Below, in pieces: positions 40,991-60,334 of a stretch of DNA of 64,000 nucleotides; the stretch's first letter is position 1; every line of letters begins with the position of its first letter. The stretch lies in NCBI RefSeq assembly GCF_009914755.1, contig NC_060932.1; one strand, given 5' to 3'. The notes below the pieces were generated by a model. That model searched no databases, was not told the origin of the DNA, and saw nothing but the letters and a program-made list of their open reading frames with translations. The translations under genes were made by a program, and so were the position numbers. Source of the stretch: the human T2T-CHM13v2.0 reference genome, Homo sapiens.

Positions 40991-41770
40991 TGGGAAAATG
41001 AAAATAATAAACTCACTCACCTTTTAAACATACACAACCAGTTCTGTCTACCCAGCCAAGGCATATTTTTCTTATGTGGAACTTCAACCTATATAAGCCT
41101 CCTCACTAACTGCACAGGCACCTACACCTTAGTCTTCCTAAGTCCCAACATTGACATTGCCCCAGGAAATCAGACCCTATCAGTGCCCCTCAAAGCTCAA
41201 GTCCATCAGCACAGGGCCATACAACTAATACTTATAGGGTTAGGAATGGCCACTGCTACAGGAACTGGAATAGCAGGTTTATCTACTTCATTATCCTACT
41301 ACCACACACTCTCAAAGGATTTCTCAGACAGTTTGCAAGAAATAACAATATCTATCCTTACTCTATAATCCCAAATAGACTCTTTGGCAGCAGTGACTCT
41401 CCAAAACTGCTGAGGCCTAGACATCCTCACTGCTGAGAAAGGAGGACCTTGCACCTTCTTAGGGGAAGAATGTTGCTTTTACACTAACCAGTCAGGGATA
41501 GTACAAGACGCTGCCTGGGATTTATAGGAAAAAGGCTTCTGAAATCAGACAATGTCTTTCAAATTCTTATACCAACCTCTGGAGTTGGGCGACATGGCTT
41601 CTCCTTTTTCTAGGTCCTGTGACAGCCATCTTGCTATTACTCACCTTCAGGCCCTGTATTTTTTCACCTCCTTGTCAAATTTATTTCCTCCAGGATCGAG
41701 GCCATCAAACTACAGATGGTCTTACAAATGGAACCCCAAATGAGCTCAACTCACAACTTCTACTGAGGAC
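40991..41770 (+). pseudogene. env: HERV9 env remnant (SU C-terminus plus TM)
   Basis: GIFFLCGTSTY, degenerate furin site HQHR/AIQLI, fusion peptide [35 protein letters not shown]6[11 protein letters not shown]. Confidence 0.9.
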
Positions 41771-41933
41771 CCCTGGCCCAACCCGCTGGCCCTTTGACTG
41801 GCCTAGAGAGTTCCCCTCTGGAGGACACTACAACTGCAGGGCCCCTTCTTTGCCCCTATCCAGCAGGAAGTAGCTAGAGCAGTCATCACCCAATTCTCAA
41901 CAGCAATTGGTGTGTCCTGTTTAGAGGGGGGAT

Positions 41934-42585
41934 TGAGAGGTGAAGCAAGCTGGACTTCCTGGGTTGAATGGGGACTTAGAGAACTTTTCTGTCTTACAAG
42001 AGGATTGTAAAATGCACCAATCAGCGCTATGTAAAAATGCACCAATCAGCGCTCTGTAGCTAGCAAGAGGTTTGTAAAATGCACAAATCAGCACTCTGTA
42101 AAAACGCACTAATCAGCTCTCTGTAACTAGCAGGAGGTTTGTAAAATGCACCAATCAGCACTCTGTAAAAACGCACCTATCAGCGCTCTGTAGCTAGCAA
42201 GAGGTTTGTAAAATGCACCAATCAGTGCTCTAAAAATGCACCAATCAACACTCTGTAAAATGCACCAATCAGCAGGATTCTAAAAGTAGCCAATAGCAGG
42301 GAGGATTGAAAAAAGGGCACTCTGATAGGACAAAAATGAAACATGGGAAAGGACAAATAAGGGAATGAAAGCTGGCCACCCCAGACAGCAGCAGCAACCT
42401 GCTCGGGTCCCCTTCCAGGCTGTGGAAGCTTTGCTCTTTTGCTCTTCACAGTAAACCTTGCTGCTGCTCACTCTTTGGGTCTGTGCCATCTTTAAGAGCT
42501 GTAACACTCACCACAGAGGTCTGCAGCTTCATTCTTGAAGTCAGCGAGACCATGAACCCACTGGAAGGAACCAACTCCAGACACA
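41934..42585 (+). promoter_or_regulatory. 3' LTR (LTR12F-like)
   Basis: Colinear with the 5' LTR, roughly 10% divergent by eye; 7 intact CCAAT. Confidence 0.92.
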
Positions 42586-43381
42586 GTGATAGTATGGTAG
42601 GTATATGCATGTGTGCAGATTAATCAGCTTGTATACATTAAATATGTATAGTTTTTGTATCAATCATATTTCAACAAAACTGTAAAAAAGATATTGTCAA
42701 AAATAAAAGAGCAAATGAAAAAATAATTTTCAAAATGGAAAAAGCAAATGAAAAAACCAAAAACAAGTGTATTGGACAAACACTTCTGTGGTCTAGATAT
42801 TGCCACAACTTTTGTGACCTCTGATATGGAAGCTGAAGTGTTACCTGCAGAAATTCTTTATGTGGTTTTCACGGCCACAGACACAGTATCACTGGCAACA
42901 TTTTAAAATTTTCAAGGAGAAGGGACAGTTAAGGGTCAGGCAAATATGAAGCCGGCTAGAAGCTCCAAGTGTAGAATGCATTTGTCTGTAAGTAGTAAGA
43001 CCCCTAGATACATAGAGCCCCCTTTTATAAGAGAGAAGATAATTTTTACCTTGGCTGAGGCTATACCTCCAAAAATTGTGAGTATTGTCACATTCTTATG
43101 CAAAAAGTACATCCTCTGTGAAGGAATAAGCATCTGAAATAATGTGCTCAGGTAATTGATTTCACTGACTAGTCCCAGCAAGCCTGGATTCTGCAACTGT
43201 TTTATAATGTATCACTTCAGCATGTAGATGAGTTCCAGATAAGACATCAATTTGTGATGTTCATGTCTAAAAATAGAGCCACAGCCTAGTCAGTGTTGCC
43301 CATTAGATTCTATTTCCTTTTTACTCTGCTGTCAGCTAAGTCCCTGGGATCATCATAAATTTGATTATAAAAACAAGTCCT

Positions 43382-43666
43382 GGCTGGGGGTGGTGGCTCA
43401 CGCCTGTAATCCCAGCATTTTGGGAGGCCAAGGTGGGGAGATCAGGAGATCGAGACCATCCTAGCTAATATGGTGAAATCCCGTCTCTACTAAAAATACA
43501 GAAAATTAGCTGGGCATGGTGGCAGGCACCTGTAATCCCAGCTACTCAGGAGTCTGAGGCAGGAGACTGGCATGAACCTGAGAGGCGGAGCTTGCAGTGA
43601 GCCAAGATTGTGCCACTGCACTCCAGCCTGGGCAACAGAACAAGACTCCTTCTCAAAAAAAAAAAA
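43382..43666 (+). mobile_element. AluY-like with a small left-arm deletion
   Basis: ggagatcgagaccatcctagctaa, tggcatgaacc, ggagcttgcagtg; TSD aaaaacaagtcct / aaaaacaaatcct. Confidence 0.92.
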
Positions 43667-44842
43667 CAAATCCTATGTTTGGGAAGGAAAACTGATGTGT
43701 TGGAAATCAGTGGACATGGCTGTTTTGACTGGCTTCCTTTCCTCAGGAAACTATAACAACCCCATCTATCATCTTGACAATGCCAGGCATTACATATGGA
43801 GCCTTCAGATTCATAGCCATCCAAGGACCTTTCATTATGTGTCGGTTTCCTAAATGCAGGGGAGCAAAGCTCCTCCTGGTCTTGCTTCACACATCACCAG
43901 AAGCAGTGAACACATGCCCCTCTGCCTGGCACCCTAATCAGCTCAGCTTAGGAGGCACTGTAATCTGCCTTTGATGGAATGGAGGATCACACAAGAAGAG
44001 AAACCTATGTTGAAGCACGTTCTCAAGATATGGACATACATTTCAAGCTACAAGCTAAGCAATAGCCTATTATTTCCCCTTTGCTAGCAGTAGTTTAGCA
44101 GAACAGCCAACATACAGGCTTTTCAAATAGACCGCTAGAGATTCCTAGATCAGCTCTTGGTGTGGGAACTACTGATTGCTTCTTGCAACATTTCATGCTG
44201 TGTGAGTTTGAATACTAAGGGAAAGAGCTTATCCTGCATTCTGAATTATCTGTGCAATATCTGTACCAGCATGTTTGTGGTGTAGAATTATATGAGAAAA
44301 AAAAACATATAACTGCAAAAAATGTATCTCTCCTCATTAGGCTATTAGCTCCTTGACATCAGGGACAATGTCTTATTCATCATTCTATTTCCAAGGAAAC
44401 TTTTCTGACTTGTACCTCCATGTCTTTAGAGACCCTTATATGCTAATAGGTGCCCAATTAATATTCAGAGACTTCAGAAATATTTCCATTGATCATGCCA
44501 CCTTTCTGATTTGCCCTTCTTTCAACTACTCCTGAATACAGAACTGGAAATGGTCTTTAGAGTAAGCCTAGCTTCTGCTCTGGAAAGGGGTAGAGCCACA
44601 GAAAAAAGTCTTACTGCTGAGGTTTCCTCTTTTTAAAGATACTATGCAATATAATACTCTCCTGTCTTGAGAATATTTTAAAATTAGTTAGCTTGATATT
44701 CTAGTATGCGTATAGAAAAAAGTTGGATAAAACTACACCAACCTGTTAACAGGTTATCTCTAAGAGAACATGAAATATTTACTTTCTAATTTTATATATT
44801 TTTGTAAAGCATGGTTTTCTTTGACAGAGAACATACACTATT

Positions 44843-47151
44843 TGTATCAGTCCATTTTCATGCTGCTGCTAAGGACATACCCAAGACTGGGTAATTATGA
44901 AGGAAAGAAGTTTAATTCACTCACAGTTCAACATGGCTGGGGAGGCCTCATAATCATGGCAGAAGGAAAGGAGAAACAAGTCACATCTTACATGGTGGCA
45001 GAGAAGAGAAAGCTTGTGCAGGGGAACTCCTCTTTATAAAACCATCAGATCTTGTGAGATGCGCTCACTATCATGAGCACACAGGAAAGACCTGTCCCCA
45101 TGAATCAGTTATCTCCCACCGAGTCGCTCACAAGATGTGGGAATTGCGGGAGCTACAATTCAGGATGAGATTTGGTTGGGGACACAGCCAAACCATATCA
45201 CTCAGGACCTTGCCCCTCCCAAATCTCATAACTTCACATTTTAAATCCAATCATGCCTTCCCAACAGTCTCCCAAAGTCTCAACTCATTTCAACATTAAC
45301 TCAAAGTCCACAGTCCAAAGTCTCATCTGAGACAAGGCACATCCCTTCCGCCTATGAGACTGTAAAATCAAAAGCAAGTTATTTACTTCCTAAATACTAT
45401 GGTAGTAGAGGCATTGGGTAAATCCATTCCAAATGTGAGAAATTGGCCAAAACAAATGGGCTACCAGCCCCATTCAAGTCCAAAATCCAATGGGGCAGTC
45501 AAATCTTAAAGGTCCAAAATGATATCTTTTGACTCTATGTCTCACATCCAGGTCATGCTGATGCAAGAGGTGGGCTCCCACGGCCTTAGGCTGCTCCACC
45601 CCTGTGGCTTTGCAGAGTATAGCCTCCCTCCCAGTTGTTTTCACAGGCTGGCATTGAGTGTCTGTGGCTTTTCCAGGCACACAGTGCAAGCTGTTGATGG
45701 ATCTACCATTTGGGGCTGTGGAGGATGCTGGCCCTTTACTTACAACTCCACTAGGCAGTACCTCAGTGGGGATTCTGTGTGGGGGGCACCCACCCCACAT
45801 TTCCCTTCTGCACTGCCCTAGCAGAGGTTCTCCATGAGGGCCCTGCCCCTGCAGCAAACTTCTGCCTGGACATCCAGGCATTTCCGTACATCCTTTGAAA
45901 TCTAGGCAGAGGTTCCCAAACCTCAATTCTTGACTTCTGTGTACCCACAGGGTCAACAACATGTGGAAGCTGCCAAGGCTTGGGGCTTCCACCCTCTGAA
46001 ACCATGGCCTGAGCTGTATGTTGGCCCCTTTTTGGTCATGGCTGAAGCAGTTAGGATGCAGGGCACCAAGTCCCTAGACTGCACACAGCAAAGGGACCCT
46101 GATCCTGGTCCACAAAACCATTTTTTTCTCCTAGGCTTTCGGACCTGTGATGGGAGGGGTTGCTGCAAAGGCCTCTGATATGCCTTGGAGATATTTTCCT
46201 CATTGTCTTGGTGATTAACATTTGGCTCCTTGTTACTTATGCAAATTTCTGCAGCCAGCTTGAATTTCTCCTGAGAAAATTGGATTTTCTTTTCTATTGC
46301 ATTGTCAGGCTGCAAATTTTCCAAATTTTTATGCTCTGTTCCCCTTTTAAAACTGAATGCCTTTAATAGCACCCAGGTCACCTCTTGAATGCTTTGCTGC
46401 TTAGAAATTTTTTCCACCATATACCCTAAATCATCTCTCTCAAGTTCAAAGTTCCACAAACCTCTAGGGCAGGGGCAAAATGCCATCAGTCTCTTTGCTA
46501 AAACATAACAATAGGCACCTTTGCTCCAGTTCCCAACAAGTTATTCATCTCCATCTGAGACCACTTGGGCCTGGATTTCATTGTCCATATCATTATCAGA
46601 ATTTTGGTCCAAGCCATTCAACATGTCTCTAGGGAGTTCCAAACTTTCCCACATTTTCCTGTCTTCTTCTGAGCCTTCCAAACTGTTCCAACCTCTATCT
46701 GTTACCCAGTTCCAAAGTCACTTCCACATTTTCAGGTATCTTTGTAGCAGCACCCCACTCTACTGGTACCAATTTACTGTATTAGTCCATTTTCACACTA
46801 CTGATAAAGACATACTTGAGACTATAATTACAAAGGAAATTATAGTGGTAAGGAAAGAGGTTTAATTCACTCACAGTTCCACATGGCTGGGGAGGCCTCA
46901 CAATCATGGCAGAAGGCAAGGAGCAAGTCACATCTTACATGGTGGCAGGGAAGAGAGAGTTTGTGCAGGGGAACTCCTCTTTGTAAAACCATTAGATCTT
47001 GTGAAACTTATTCACTATCATGAGGACAACACAGGAAAGACCTGCCTCCATGATTGAATCACCTCCCACTGGGTCCTTCCCACAAGACATGAGAATTGTG
47101 GGAGCTACAATTCAAGATGAGATTTGGTGGGGACACAGCCAAACCATATTA
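44843..47151 (-). mobile_element. Full-length THE1B/THE1C MaLR: LTR 44843-45200, THE1-int 45201-46777, LTR 46778-47151
   Basis: Two homologous LTRs; perfect 5-bp TSD CTATT (44838-44842 / 47152-47156); minus ORFs 45953-46486 (CPCPRGLWNFELERDDLGY...) and 45474-45992 are remnants of the MaLR internal ORF. Confidence 0.95.
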
Positions 47152-47469
47152 CTATTTTTGTAAACAGAAAAAGCATGCACCCTTTTGAAATAATTAGGTT
47201 TAATTTGCTTACGCTCACTTTATATTAATCAAATGATCTCCTCTTCGTTGATATTTAGGAGATACCTTTCACTCATCAGCAAAATCTTTATCCAGCAAGG
47301 TGAGATATATCTGAGATGCCTCATCAATGATTTTTACTAATTCATATTAGATATAAGTTTAGAGGGTTATACTTTCTGACCTTCTAGGGCTGCATAATAT
47401 TGAGGGTCTACAGTTTCAAGTAACCCAAGTTTATTGACACCACAGAAAAGTTGGATATGACAGAAATAT

Positions 47470-47718
47470 AGATTCTTAACCATGTAGAGTTGAGAAGCCT
47501 TTGGAGATGATGTAATCCAACCTTTCTCACCATGCTGGCCTCCCCCTGCATCAACCTCCTTAGAAAGCTTTCTGGGAGGAGGAGCATGGAGACTCACCAG
47601 GGAACACTCTCCATGGCTGTGCAATTTTGCTAAGAGAACTTCCTTTATACACTGAGCTGCAACTTGCCCCACCAGAATATCCATCCATTCATTGATCCCC
47701 TCTCTGTCTTCTGGAGCT
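47470..47718 (-). mobile_element. L3/CR1 3' fragment
   Basis: gtagagttgagaagcctttggagatgatgtaatccaacc...gagactcacca...gaacttcctttatacactgagctgcaac...tcttctggagc. Confidence 0.6.
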
Positions 47719-48650
47719 GAACAGCCAGCTGTTCAGCCGTGTGCCTAGCACCATGGCTCTCTTCACCTGTCAGAACATACCCAGAGCTGCTTATAAGTTT
47801 GTGAGACAAATAGCCTGACAGCAGTTGGAGGGAGTAGACAGAAGGGCCTGATGAAGAAAGAGTGGATGGGGCACATATTGGTTTTGGAAGTGAGTGTTCA
47901 TCAGTTTCACATAATGTTAAAGCACAAAAGAGTTTTTATTTATTTTGCAGGAGTAAACTAGCTTTAGATGACCAAAAAATAATGTCTGGTCTTACTGAGA
48001 TATAATAATTTCTAAAGGAAAAGATCAAAGTACATATTAGGTAATGGATGTATTCCATGTCCAGATATAGGAAAAGAAATTTCTTGGTACCCTCCACTAA
48101 CTCTATTCCAAATCTAGAGTGTGGGGCCTTTTTAGACATGACCCTACTTGGTAATAAGACTTCTATGGTGTTCTAACAACTCTGTGCTCTTGGATAGGGC
48201 CTGGAGTTGAACTGCCTTACAGAGAAGATGATGATGGTGAGAGTATAAAATGCTATCACCCAAATTACCTCATCTTGCTGGGGATTCAGCAGCCCCATTG
48301 GGCCAGTTAGCATCTCTCAATTTCATTACAGTAAGTTGTACAGCTCACCCAAGAAAGCTTCTGATAATAAAAATGAGCAGATGATGAAGTGCATATGTGT
48401 TGGGGGAGGAAGGCACTGCACAGACCTATCACAGTGGGAGATTTCACCCCAGATTGACTTGGATCATTAATCAGCATCCTTAGGGCTAAGTTCAGCCAAA
48501 GACATGTCTCATGCTATCAGCTATCATGTAAAACCCATGACCTTTTGACCTTTCCATTGTTTCACTTCTGAACTTAATAACAAAACAGAAATGACTAACA
48601 TCTCCTCCACTCAGAAAATGTTCAGTCTTTCTGTTCACTTTGTATGGCAT

Positions 48651-48697
48651 TCTCTCTCTCTCTCTTTCCTTCTCTCTCTCTCTGTCTTTCTCTTTCA
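48651..48697. repeat. (CT)n-rich microsatellite
   Basis: Directly visible. Confidence 0.9.
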
Positions 48698-49016
48698 TGA
48701 TTTAGAAGCTAGTGAAAAAAGTTTCAGAAAATTCAGTAAAAAGTAGAAAAGTGAAATTAATGAAGATTTAGTACGAGCTTTTATGTTAAACAACTAGGAG
48801 TCCTTTGGTAACTTAAAAGAGAAAGAAATAGACTTCCTTGTATAGACTGAAGAGGGGAGAGAGATTAGAGAAATTTTTTTAAAAAAAAAGAGAAGATGTT
48901 CAATGAAAATAAGTCTGCAGATAAAGAGATCAACTTGAAAATGAGAAAATAAGTTATATTATTCAGAATTAGGAAAGGAAGGAGGGAATGCTGGATATAT
49001 TGAACTGATAGAGTAG

Positions 49017-49524
49017 GGTATTAGTTTCTGTACTTGCTATAACAAATGACCACAAATTCAGTGGCTTAAAATAACACATTTACTATCTTAGAGTTCTGTA
49101 GGTTAGAAATCTGACCTCTGATGGGGCTAAAATCAAGGTGTTGGTGGGGCTGCATTCTTCCTGGAGGCTCCATAAGAGAGCCTGTTTCCTGGTCTTTTCC
49201 CACTTCTAGCAGAGCTCACATTCTTTGGCTCCTGGCCCCTTCCTCCATCTTCAAAGCCAGCAATGTCTGGTTGTGTCCTTCTCACATCTCATCACTCTTA
49301 CACTAATTCTCCTGCTATCCTCTTTCACATTTTAAAGACCCCTGTGATTGCATCGGACCCATCTGGGTAATCCAGATTAACCTCCCTATTTTAAAGCCAG
49401 CTAATTAGCAACTGTAATTCCATCTGCAACTTCAATTCCCCTTTGGCATGTAAGCTAGCATAATCACAGTTTCTGGGGATCAGGACAGGGGCATCTTTGA
49501 GAGGCCATTAGTCTGCCTATCACA
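49017..49524 (-). mobile_element. MLT1D-like solo LTR
   Basis: gtattagtttc...ataacaaatgaccacaaattcagtggcttaaaa...ggggctaaaatcaaggtgttgg...tctgcctatcaca. Confidence 0.88.
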
Positions 49525-49779
49525 GATGGAAAATTAATGAAACTTGGTTAGAGTCATTTGTGTTTAATTAATAAAATTGAAGATTTAATCATTTTCTCAA
49601 AGTGAAAAAGAAGAAATACAGCTGGAATTCATTTTGTTTTCAAGAGGTCAAACAAAAGTGCATAGAACTTGCAGCAGCTTTGGCCAGCATTAACTGTGTA
49701 TTCTGAAAGAATCCAGAAAATAGTACATGCATCAGAGGCTTCTATGGTATAAAGATTACTTTGCTTATTTTGGTTGTTC

Positions 49780-49960
49780 AGTTCCTTATTTACACTTACT
49801 TGTTTAATGTCTGTTTCTCCCTTAGGCTATAAATACCACAAGAGGGAACAACTATGTCTTTTTTATTCTCAGCTGCATCCCTTGCACCAAGCATTCCCTG
49901 CACCTAGCATCTTTACTAAGCACTAAATAAATATTTATTGACTGATTTTTAACAAACATG
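49780..49960 (+). mobile_element. L2 3' end fragment (source of the local duplicate)
   Basis: tgtttaatgtctgtttctccc...ctatgtctttttt...cctgcacctagca...aataaatatttattgactga. Confidence 0.75.
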
Positions 49961-50289
49961 ACAGTCTTACTGGATAGTCTGACACTGCCACATTTGCACA
50001 TTTCAAATGGCTTTACTAGTTAAACAAAATCTTCCACATTCACCTACAGCTCAGAGCAGGGTTTTCACACCATATGGTTCAAAGCCTCTCCTAAGCTTAC
50101 CACGCCCATGATCCCCCAGTCACTCCTTCAGTCATCTGAATTGGCCCTGCACTCTCCTAGGCACCTGGAGACTTGTCAGGATGGTATTTACCTTGGCGTC
50201 TAATGGCTCACTTCTCTCATCAGAGTCCATATCCCTAATTTCAAAAAAGCATCCAACAGCTTGACCAGGACAGACAGAGTTGTTTCTTT

Positions 50290-50606
50290 CTTTTTTTTTT
50301 TTTTTTTTACAGCTTTATTGAGGTATAATGGATACACCAAAAATATGCACATTTAAAGTATACAGTTCAATGAGTTTTGACATATGTATGTATACCCCTG
50401 GGAAAATACCACAATCAAAGCAATAAATGTATCCATCACCTCCAAAAGTTTCTTCTTTCCCCTTTGGTTTTGTTATTTTCTGTTTTGTTTTGTTAAATGT
50501 CCTTTGTGTCAGGGACACTTAACAAGAGATCTACCCTCCTAACAAACTTTAAGTGCACAATATAGTTAACTATAAGTACAATATTGTACAGCAGATTTTA
50601 TAGAAG
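50290..50606 (-). mobile_element. L1MA10/L1MB-like 3' end with poly(T)
   Basis: ttttacagctttattgaggtataat...tccatcacctccaaaagtttc...gagatctaccctc. Confidence 0.85.
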
Positions 50607-51691
50607 CTTCTCAAAAAGCAATGTCTTTTTTCTTCCACAGCTTATATATTGGTCTATTGAACATGAGGGGCCCATTGCGTGTTTCTGGAGCAGCCAGTTG
50701 CTCCCAGGCCCTCCTGTCTTTCCTCTGTAGGTGAAGTCATCCTGGAAGGGTGAAGGTCACAATGACTAGAGTGGCTCTTGGGAATAATGCTTAATCGACA
50801 ACAGCCACTTACCTCATATTAAATTCCAGCCACAATTCTATGTGCTATCTGGCCATGACCCTTGCAATGCAAATCACCATGGACTTGGATTACGTAATTC
50901 TGAGCTAAATATTTCCTTCAGACATGTAGTTGGCTTTCCTGACTCGCTGAGGTCAGGGCACTTTCTAAGCACTGTTTTTCTGTTTGAAATGATAAATTTG
51001 TGCTGATCCATCCAGTTTCTTTTGTGCTTAGCAAGAAAAGCTAGTCAGACTGTGAACTTGGCTCAGGAGGACAGACTAATCATTAAAAATTAAAGGTAAA
51101 TCCATCTTTGGTGACGTACCCCTTAACCATATAAGAAATTTTAAGAATTTAAGTAGTTTAAGGTATAAGATACACAAGGTTTATTCAATTTTGTTCACCA
51201 GAAGGCAGCTAAGGGAGTCTGTGGGTCCTAAAAGGAACAAATTCATCAATCATTTAGAAGAAAGAATTAGTTTATAATCTCATCTCACTCCCTACAATAG
51301 AGCAAATTCTAGATATATGGAAGAGATAAATACAAAGTTAAATATAGAAAAACAGATGCAATTATTCATCAAACATTTAGGCAAAAAATGTCTAAATGTG
51401 GAAGCAATTGGAGAAATTACAGAATAAAAGGTTGTAAATATATATATTTGTGGTACGTAAAAACTTTAAATGTCCCTGATTAATAAATACAATAGTAATT
51501 AAAAGTCAAACAATGTATTGGAGAAAATTGTTTGCTATATTGGAAAGGATTACCATTTTTTATAGAAGGGTAGTTAACTTACTTTAAAAAGAAAACACTA
51601 AGGCCTGATAAGACAGTAGGCCAAAGACAAGAACACTCTTAACTAACCAAAGAGAAAACATGACCAGTTGATAAAAATATAGAAAATGCTT

Positions 51692-51796
51692 CTATGTCTT
51701 TTTTGTTCTCAGCTGTATTCCTTGCACCTCTCATCCCCTGCACCTAGCATCTTTACTAAGAACGAAATAAATATGTATTCACTGATTTTAACAAAT
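51692..51796 (+). repeat. Dispersed direct repeat: copy of 49852-49956
   Basis: About 93/105 identical by hand alignment, offset 1840 bp. Confidence 0.92.
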
Positions 51797-51816
51797 CAGT
51801 CAATAAATAGCTGGCT

Positions 51817-58357
<6,541 letters not shown>

Positions 58358-59124
58358 AAAATGCTTCACCTTGTAGTAAACAAAGAAATATTTAAAAAAA
58401 AACTGAGATTCCATTTTAACTCCTTTATTACTTATTCAACAGTTGATTGATTCAACTGGCCTTTATTAAACAGGCACATGCAAGATGATGATAATTTAGT
58501 TACTGGACACCCAGAGTCCCTGACCTGTGAGGTTTCAGCCCAGTGAAGAGAGAAAGGCTCAAATAGGAAAAAGAGGTGCAAAGAAAATCAAAGGAGGAGT
58601 CACATATACCTGGGCAAGGAATGGTTTTACAAATATTTCATATCATTAATAATACCACTGCTGGTAAGAATTTAGCACAAATGGACCTTCTTATATACTG
58701 CAAATAGGAGTAAAAATTGTTACCATGCTTTTGAAAAGCAATTTGTCAAATTATTTTTAAGAACTCTAAAAATATTCACTCTTTGACCCAGTTATTATTC
58801 TTCTTTCTAATCAAAAGAGAGGATTTTATGTCCAGAAAAAAAATTATAGAGAAAGATTTTCATAAAACCGTTAGGGATCACTATAAGGGCAAAAAACTGG
58901 GAGAAATTTAAATAGCCACATTATAGAGAAATCGTGGTCCTTCAATTTAATGAAACATTATGTAGCCATTAAAGATAATTTTCATGAAAAATATGATATG
59001 GAGCAAGTATTGGAAATCTACAATGATCTATATAATGGCATTAAAACTATGTGATACATTTGATATGCCAAAAAATATTCCTGAGTGAAAATTTTAGTAG
59101 AAGCGGTGTCTGGATAAGCAACCA

Positions 59125-59502
59125 TGGTAATGATGTTTTTGTTCTTAATAATTCACTTTCTTAATAACTGTAAGAAGGTTATACTTTCCTGTGCAGTGGG
59201 TCCTGGGCTTAGCCATGTGACTTGCTTTGGCCAGTGGAATGTGAATAGATGTGCTGTGTGCTTTAGCCCCATAGAAGCTTTAAAGGCAATTACATGATTG
59301 GATTTAGTCTCTTGCACTTTTCCTCTCTTCCATGAGAACAGTACATCCCAGATAGGGGCTATTCCTTATGCCTGGAGCTCAGAAAGAGAAGACAGCAGGT
59401 CAACCTGCAGACCACCTATAATGGGATAGGGAAACGAATCTGTTGTTACAAGTCCCTGGGGCTTTTAGCTGTTTATTGCTTCAGCAAAGTCTGACTAATA
59501 CA
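59125..59502 (+). mobile_element. MLT1I/J-like solo LTR
   Basis: gccatgtgacttgctttggccagtggaatgtga...catcccagataggggct...ctgactaataca. Confidence 0.8.
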
Positions 59503-60334
59503 AAAACACTGTGTGTTTAATATTTCAAAGTATGATATTTCCAGAAATGTCTTCATAAGCATTAAGCATTTAATAATTTTCAAAGTTTCAAATATAAACA
59601 AGTGCCTCTCTCTGAAACCTGAGAACAGCCTTGGAGGGGAATTAAAATAGTTATTTTCAAGCAAGATGGAGGACGATGTCTAGGTGTCATGGGAAATTAT
59701 CATGACTTGTCCTGAGGAACTTAAGGTATCTCAGTTAAATTAAATAAAATTTTTTTACTCGTCAACTTAGCCTACTTTTTACTTTTCTTATTGAAAATCA
59801 GGGAGAAAGCCATTTGGGACCAAGCATTGGGAACAACTAATGAAGATCTCGATTGAGGAACAATTTCTATCCCTGTAAATTGCATTCTTTCCCTTACTAG
59901 CTCATTCTTATTCTGTCCAATTAATGTGCTCTTCATTACCTCAGAATAATAAGAATCAGCTCTGTTACCATTATTCTAGTGATGAGTTCAGTGGCTTTGT
60001 CTGTTGGCAGGGGTAACAGCAAAGACCCCCTAATATTTAAAGTACAGAATGAAACCGTAATAGATAGCAGGAAATAACATTCAAAATGTTATTTGGAGAC
60101 AATGTTTTTCTTATTCCAGAAATGAGAATAAGAATCTCTCTCTAAACTCACTGCTGCCAATAATATATCTAAAGTATTACGTAGGAGATTTTATCTTGTG
60201 GCGGGGGAACCTAAGAGCCATACTTTGGCACTGGTTTGAGGTACAGCAATAAGAAGTAGACTACTAAGTTCTCTGGCAAGTATTAAAATGTACAGTCAGT
60301 TTATAATAATTTGATACTAATGTATATTGGAATA

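Larger units (their letters stand above)
34865..42585 (+). mobile_element. HERV9 (ERV-9) provirus with two LTR12F-like LTRs and an internal pol-env deletion
   Basis: TG...CA termini, 4-bp TSD GTGA (34861-34864 / 42586-42589), PBS 35514-35531, PPT ttagaggggggat before 41934, gag/pro/pol/env remnants. Confidence 0.95.

Noticed and set aside
47716-47737. Perfect 10-bp inverted repeat gctgaacagc-ca-gctgttcagc
   Set aside because: It is real but tiny, sits at the edge of an L3 relic and has no functional context; probably a micro template switch.
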